DNA of 64,000 nucleotides from the NCBI GenBank assembly GCA_965230295.1, contig OZ246001.1, positions 2,944,001 through 3,008,000 of the forward strand, given 5' to 3'. The translations under genes and the position numbers were made by a program. Below, piece after piece: positions 60,093-64,000 of this stretch (positions are counted from its first letter, which is position 1; each line of letters opens with the position of its first letter). This DNA is from Marinicella sp. (GTDB lineage: Bacteria > Pseudomonadota > Gammaproteobacteria > Xanthomonadales > Marinicellaceae). The notes under the pieces are model-generated. The model searched no databases. It worked only from the letters and a program-made list of their open reading frames with translations, and had not been told where the DNA came from.

Positions 60093-60827
60093 GTGTTGTC
60101 AAATACAGAAAATGAATTTGAAAGCTTAACAAAAAAAGCCGGCAATTTAGCCCGTGGCATCATATCAGGAGATAAATTTTCAGGTGAAGAATTTGTCAAT
60201 TTACATTACCGCTGGTTGTTGTTTATTGTCAGGAAAAAATTCTCGCGCGTTTCCAGCCACGAAGACATTGTCCAGGATTCTTTTATGGTCGTAATTTCAA
60301 AATTACAACAAGGGCAGGTCAACAACCCTGACACCATCAGGGCTTTCCTCAGAACCACCGCCATCAATATAGGATATGAGTACCTGCGCAAAGACAAAAA
60401 GTACATCTCAGCGGTCGACCAGGAAAGTCTGGACATTTTCGAAGATGCCAAATCAGATGTGTTGTCCAATCTGGAATGGCATGATGGCATCAAGTTTGTG
60501 AAAAAAATCATGGAAGAATTGCCCACAGATCGTGACCGCAGTATCCTCACCCAATTCTACTTTGAGGACAAAGACAAAACCGAAATTTGTGATGACCTGG
60601 ATCTTTCGAGTGCACATTTCGATCGCGTACTTTACCGCGCCAAACACCGGCTGAAGGATTTGATCAGCAGACACAATGACCATGACAACCGGCAAGGACC
60701 TAAAGCCATCGAATCAGAGCAGGACAAGAACACCTCAACCAAACACAAAACACAAAAATGGGTCTCAAAACTCATCCACCCATTGATGTCTTTGTTCACC
60801 AATCGCTGGAGGGCTTTGGCTGTATGA
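60093..60827 (+). CDS. ECF-type RNA polymerase sigma-70 factor
   Basis: Region 2 (EDIVQDSF, AFLRTTAIN) and region 4 (RDRSIL..FY....TEIC..L.LS..HFDRVLYRAKHRL); C-terminal tail. Confidence 0.9.
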   Translation: MLSNTENEFESLTKKAGNLARGIISGDKFSGEEFVNLHYRWLLFIVRKKFSRVSSHEDIVQDSFMVVISKLQQGQVNNPDTIRAFLRTTAINIGYEYLRKDKKYISAVDQESLDIFEDAKSDVLSNLEWHDGIKFVKKIMEELPTDRDRSILTQFYFEDKDKTEICDDLDLSSAHFDRVLYRAKHRLKDLISRHNDHDNRQGPKAIESEQDKNTSTKHKTQKWVSKLIHPLMSLFTNRWRALAV

Positions 60828-61462
60828 ATACATTCAAACCAGACGACACCATGCTCCACAACTACCTCCAAAACAAACTCACCCCCACCGAAGAAGAACA
60901 ACTCGAACTGTGGCTCGCCGACCATCCGGAGGTCCTCGAAGATTTGGAGTTGGATTTGGTGATGAAGGAGGGGGTTAAATCAAAGGAAAGAAAAAAACTA
61001 TCCAATAATCGACAGCATAGAACAACGGGGTATGACTCAAGTTTCTCAAAGCTAAATTATTTTGTTGTTGGCGGTTTGTTCGCATTTTCATTAATGTTGT
61101 TTGTTTTTGGTGTTGGTCAATCTGATCATGGGGAAGGAAACTTTCAAATATTATCACTAAGCCCTTTACGTGGGGGTGATTCAAAAGAGTTTAGTCCTAT
61201 TAAAACGATTAAGCTTAACCGAGAATCAAACCAGCTAATACTGGTAGTACAACTGAACTTTCCAGATAAGGGGCCTTTTCAAATCGAGTTGAAAAACCAT
61301 AAATCCAATAAAATTCATTTTAAAATGGATGCTTTAATTCCTCAAGGTCTGGGTGATTTAAACATCAGTGTTCCCACCAAAAGCTTAGCTGAAGGAAATT
61401 TTTGGTTGATTGTGAAACACAATGAAAGACAAATAGAAAAGCTGCCATTCTCAGTTCAATAA
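60824..61462 (+). CDS. Putative membrane-anchored anti-sigma factor
   Basis: ATGA overlap with sigma stop; LHNYLQNKLTPTEEEQLE ASD-like N-terminus, one TM, LSPLRG then beta-rich domain. Confidence 0.7.
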   Translation: MNTFKPDDTMLHNYLQNKLTPTEEEQLELWLADHPEVLEDLELDLVMKEGVKSKERKKLSNNRQHRTTGYDSSFSKLNYFVVGGLFAFSLMLFVFGVGQSDHGEGNFQILSLSPLRGGDSKEFSPIKTIKLNRESNQLILVVQLNFPDKGPFQIELKNHKSNKIHFKMDALIPQGLGDLNISVPTKSLAEGNFWLIVKHNERQIEKLPFSVQ

Positions 61463-64000
61463 TGAATACCAGAGCGGTTATACTGATACTATTCATTTTC
61501 ATGAATTCAGGTTATGGTTCAACTGAGTTTGAATGGAGAACAATTGCTCAATCTTCAATAAACATCCAAAGTGGTCATACACATTTAGCTCACAATATGA
61601 GGTTAGTGCCGGGTGTCTATGTTTTTACTGCGCATCAAAATAATCTAGATATCATTTTAACTCTAGAAAAACCTAGTTCTGCTATGGTCAGTGTGAATAG
61701 TTTTATTGAAAGGAATATGCCTGAAGAACTCTTTTTTGAAGTAAAAAACAATGGCCACTTCAGTTTTTATATTGGAGCTTATAACCAAAGCAATTTATCT
61801 AGTGATGTATCTTTTTCTATTAAACAGTCAGTAAGTAATCAAAATCTGCAAAAATATACGCAAGCATTGTTACTCCAAACCAAAGGAAGTCTTTCAGATA
61901 TTCGTGGAGATTTATTTTCGCTAGACAAAGCATTCGAATATTTATCACAAGCCAATGGTATATGGGAGTTGTTAGATGACAGAGAACAAATGGCTAAACT
62001 TAATTATATGATAGGTTTAGTTGCATATGAATCATTCATGTGGGATGCATCAGAAAATTTTTTAAAGGGAGCTATTCGGTACTACCAAAGAACAAATCAA
62101 CAAGTATATGGCTCGGTGGCCAATCATTTAGGGGCTGCATTGTTAGAAAAAAAAGCATACAGTGAAGCTCTGGATTATCTTAATAAAGCAATAGAATTAC
62201 AAAGGGGCAATAATTATCAATATGATCTTGGTGTGAGTTTAAATAACAAAGGTTTGTATTACCTATATCAGGGTAAGAATAATGAATCAGGCAAACTGTT
62301 CATGCAAGCAGCCCAAATCTTTGAAAATAATAACGTGTTATATAAACAAGCCATGAGTATTGGTAATTATGCAGTTACAGAGTTGTATCAAGGCAGATAC
62401 TTCAACGCAATCGAGTTAACAAAACAGTGTCTTACTTTGTTGGATCAAGATTTACCCAAGATTCGTGCAGCTTATTTAACTAATTTAGCACTGGCACAAG
62501 AAAAAATAGGAGATATACAGAATGCATTATTAAGTCTTAACCAAGCAAAAGAACTTCAAGAGGCGCATGCTGACACATCAGGATTGGTATGGACTTTAAC
62601 TGGTATGGCGGACTTAGCAAGAAAGATTCTTCAGTTTGATATTGCTATTAACTATCAGAATAAAGCCGTGGAATTGGCAAGGGTTCAAAATGAACATGGT
62701 TCGCTGATAGGCGGGTTATTAAACTTAGCTCAAGATCATATCCAATTAAGTACACTTCAAAAGAATCCCAAGTTAGTTGATACAGCCATTCTTATCTTTG
62801 ATGAGGCCATGTCAATTGCAAAAAGTGATGTCCATAAGGCCAAAAGCCACCTTGGTTTAGCTCGGGCAAAATATGCAAATAAAGACTTTATTGGTGCTGA
62901 AAAATCTATTGATATGGCGTTGTCTGCAATCAATAATCTCGATAATCCCGATGTTGCATTGTTGGCTTCAATGTATTTAGAAAAAGTGAATATACTACCT
63001 GATAGAGAGTTATTCAAAAAGATTGATCTCCTCAATCAAGCCAAACTGATATTGAAGGAAACTGGTAATAACAAACTTTTGTTCATGACCTATTTTAGTT
63101 TGGCCAAAGCATATCTTCAGTCTGTAGAGTTAGAAAAAGCAAATAGTAACAGCATCAAATCTCTTGAATTGTTTTTATCACATAGAGACAGGGTCGGTAA
63201 CCCGTGGTTGCGTAACAATTTATCTAAATGGTACCATCAGTTGGTTGAAATCAGATTGTTGATTCTTGAAGGCTTGGGTGATAAAGGTGCTGTTGAAGAA
63301 AGCCTTGCCTTAGTTGATTCGTTAAAAGCTATTTCATTACGAGAGCAAATTGCAGAGTCAAAGGTGAATTTGTTTAAAAATCTCAATGACGATGAAACTG
63401 ATTTATGGCAAGAGACACAAGAAAATTTAATGGCTTCATTAAAGAAAGCGGATGATCTAAAACAACAAAAAGCGAATATTACTGATATCAACAGTGCATA
63501 TGTAGATATTCATAAAGCACGATTTGAACTTGAAACTGCTAGAGCACAACTCAGTATAGAAAACCCAATATTGGCTGAATTTATTTACCCCCAAGGGGTT
63601 AATTTATCAGATTATCAACGTTGGCTCAAACATCAAAATGACCAATATCAAACGACTTCAGTCATAATAAATTACTTCATTGGAGATGAGAAAAGTTTTG
63701 CTTGGGTGATAAGTGCAGAAGGGGTTGTACAATGGTCACTTCCATCCAGGAAGTCTCTCAATGAAATTCTGTCGTCATTTAAAGATTCCATGGTCTCCGG
63801 TTCTACTACCCTAACAGAGTCATTGTACAAGCTAAGTTCATTACTACTCCCAGAAGACCTCCCTGTGAATGGTCATGTTTATATCGTTCCAGATGGTCAG
63901 TTAAATACCTTCCCGTTTTCATTATTGGTTGTAGAAGAAGGGGAGGGGAAACAATTCTTAGTCGAACAAAATCAACTAATTATGGCCCCTTCATCATCTT
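61462..64000 (+). CDS. TPR-CHAT (caspase-like) domain protein, truncated by the window edge
   Basis: Starts MNTRAVILILFIF at a TAATG overlap; TPR-like repeats (ANHLGAALL, SLNNKGLYY); the same frame at the edge reads HVYIVPDGQLNTFPFSLL..FLVEQ..APS, the start of a CHAT domain. Absent from the ORF track because it has no stop in the window. Confidence 0.85.
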   Translation, partial: MNTRAVILILFIFMNSGYGSTEFEWRTIAQSSINIQSGHTHLAHNMRLVPGVYVFTAHQNNLDIILTLEKPSSAMVSVNSFIERNMPEELFFEVKNNGHFSFYIGAYNQSNLSSDVSFSIKQSVSNQNLQKYTQALLLQTKGSLSDIRGDLFSLDKAFEYLSQANGIWELLDDREQMAKLNYMIGLVAYESFMWDASENFLKGAIRYYQRTNQQVYGSVANHLGAALLEKKAYSEALDYLNKAIELQRGNNYQYDLGVSLNNKGLYYLYQGKNNESGKLFMQAAQIFENNNVLYKQAMSIGNYAVTELYQGRYFNAIELTKQCLTLLDQDLPKIRAAYLTNLALAQEKIGDIQNALLSLNQAKELQEAHADTSGLVWTLTGMADLARKILQFDIAINYQNKAVELARVQNEHGSLIGGLLNLAQDHIQLSTLQKNPKLVDTAILIFDEAMSIAKSDVHKAKSHLGLARAKYANKDFIGAEKSIDMALSAINNLDNPDVALLASMYLEKVNILPDRELFKKIDLLNQAKLILKETGNNKLLFMTYFSLAKAYLQSVELEKANSNSIKSLELFLSHRDRVGNPWLRNNLSKWYHQLVEIRLLILEGLGDKGAVEESLALVDSLKAISLREQIAESKVNLFKNLNDDETDLWQETQENLMASLKKADDLKQQKANITDINSAYVDIHKARFELETARAQLSIENPILAEFIYPQGVNLSDYQRWLKHQNDQYQTTSVIINYFIGDEKSFAWVISAEGVVQWSLPSRKSLNEILSSFKDSMVSGSTTLTESLYKLSSLLLPEDLPVNGHVYIVPDGQLNTFPFSLLVVEEGEGKQFLVEQNQLIMAPSSS

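Noticed and set aside
62757-63491. Two minus-strand ORFs
   Set aside because: Antisense shadows of the TPR-CHAT gene.

Overview
Gene-dense chromosomal window from a moderately AT-rich gammaproteobacterium. Secreted proteins ending in DVIFAD(D/G)FE and the rsgA-orn-pilH-ccm layout suggest a Marinicella/Xanthomonadales-like marine organism (inference). Core content: MBOAT/SGNH envelope acylation pair, L,D-transpeptidase-family gene, nhaA, photolyase, a LysR-doxX-azoR-pirin unit, deoB, a methylcitrate locus lacking prpB/prpC (GntR-acnD-prpF), a complete reductive pyrimidine catabolic cluster, rsgA, orn, pilH, ccmABCDEFGHI and cobB. No rRNA, tRNA, CRISPR array or transposase was recognised. The most unusual observations are: (1) a modular non-coding element of covarying GNA-triloop hairpins in two rearranged copies (5128-5680 + and 22757-23045 -); (2) a ~50-nt micro-element inserted at G^GATG sites inside other repeats; (3) an ECF sigma / anti-sigma-like / TPR-CHAT protease operon at the right edge, whose large gene is missing from the ORF track; (4) an AT-rich cassette encoding a signal-less M4 protease, a small multi-TM protein and a lipoprotein; (5) a GTGAGAG-N17-CAC motif shared upstream of the ECF gene and two cassette genes; (6) a MITE that rewrote the C-terminus of an outer-membrane beta-barrel. 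All calls are from reading the sequence by eye; no searches were run.
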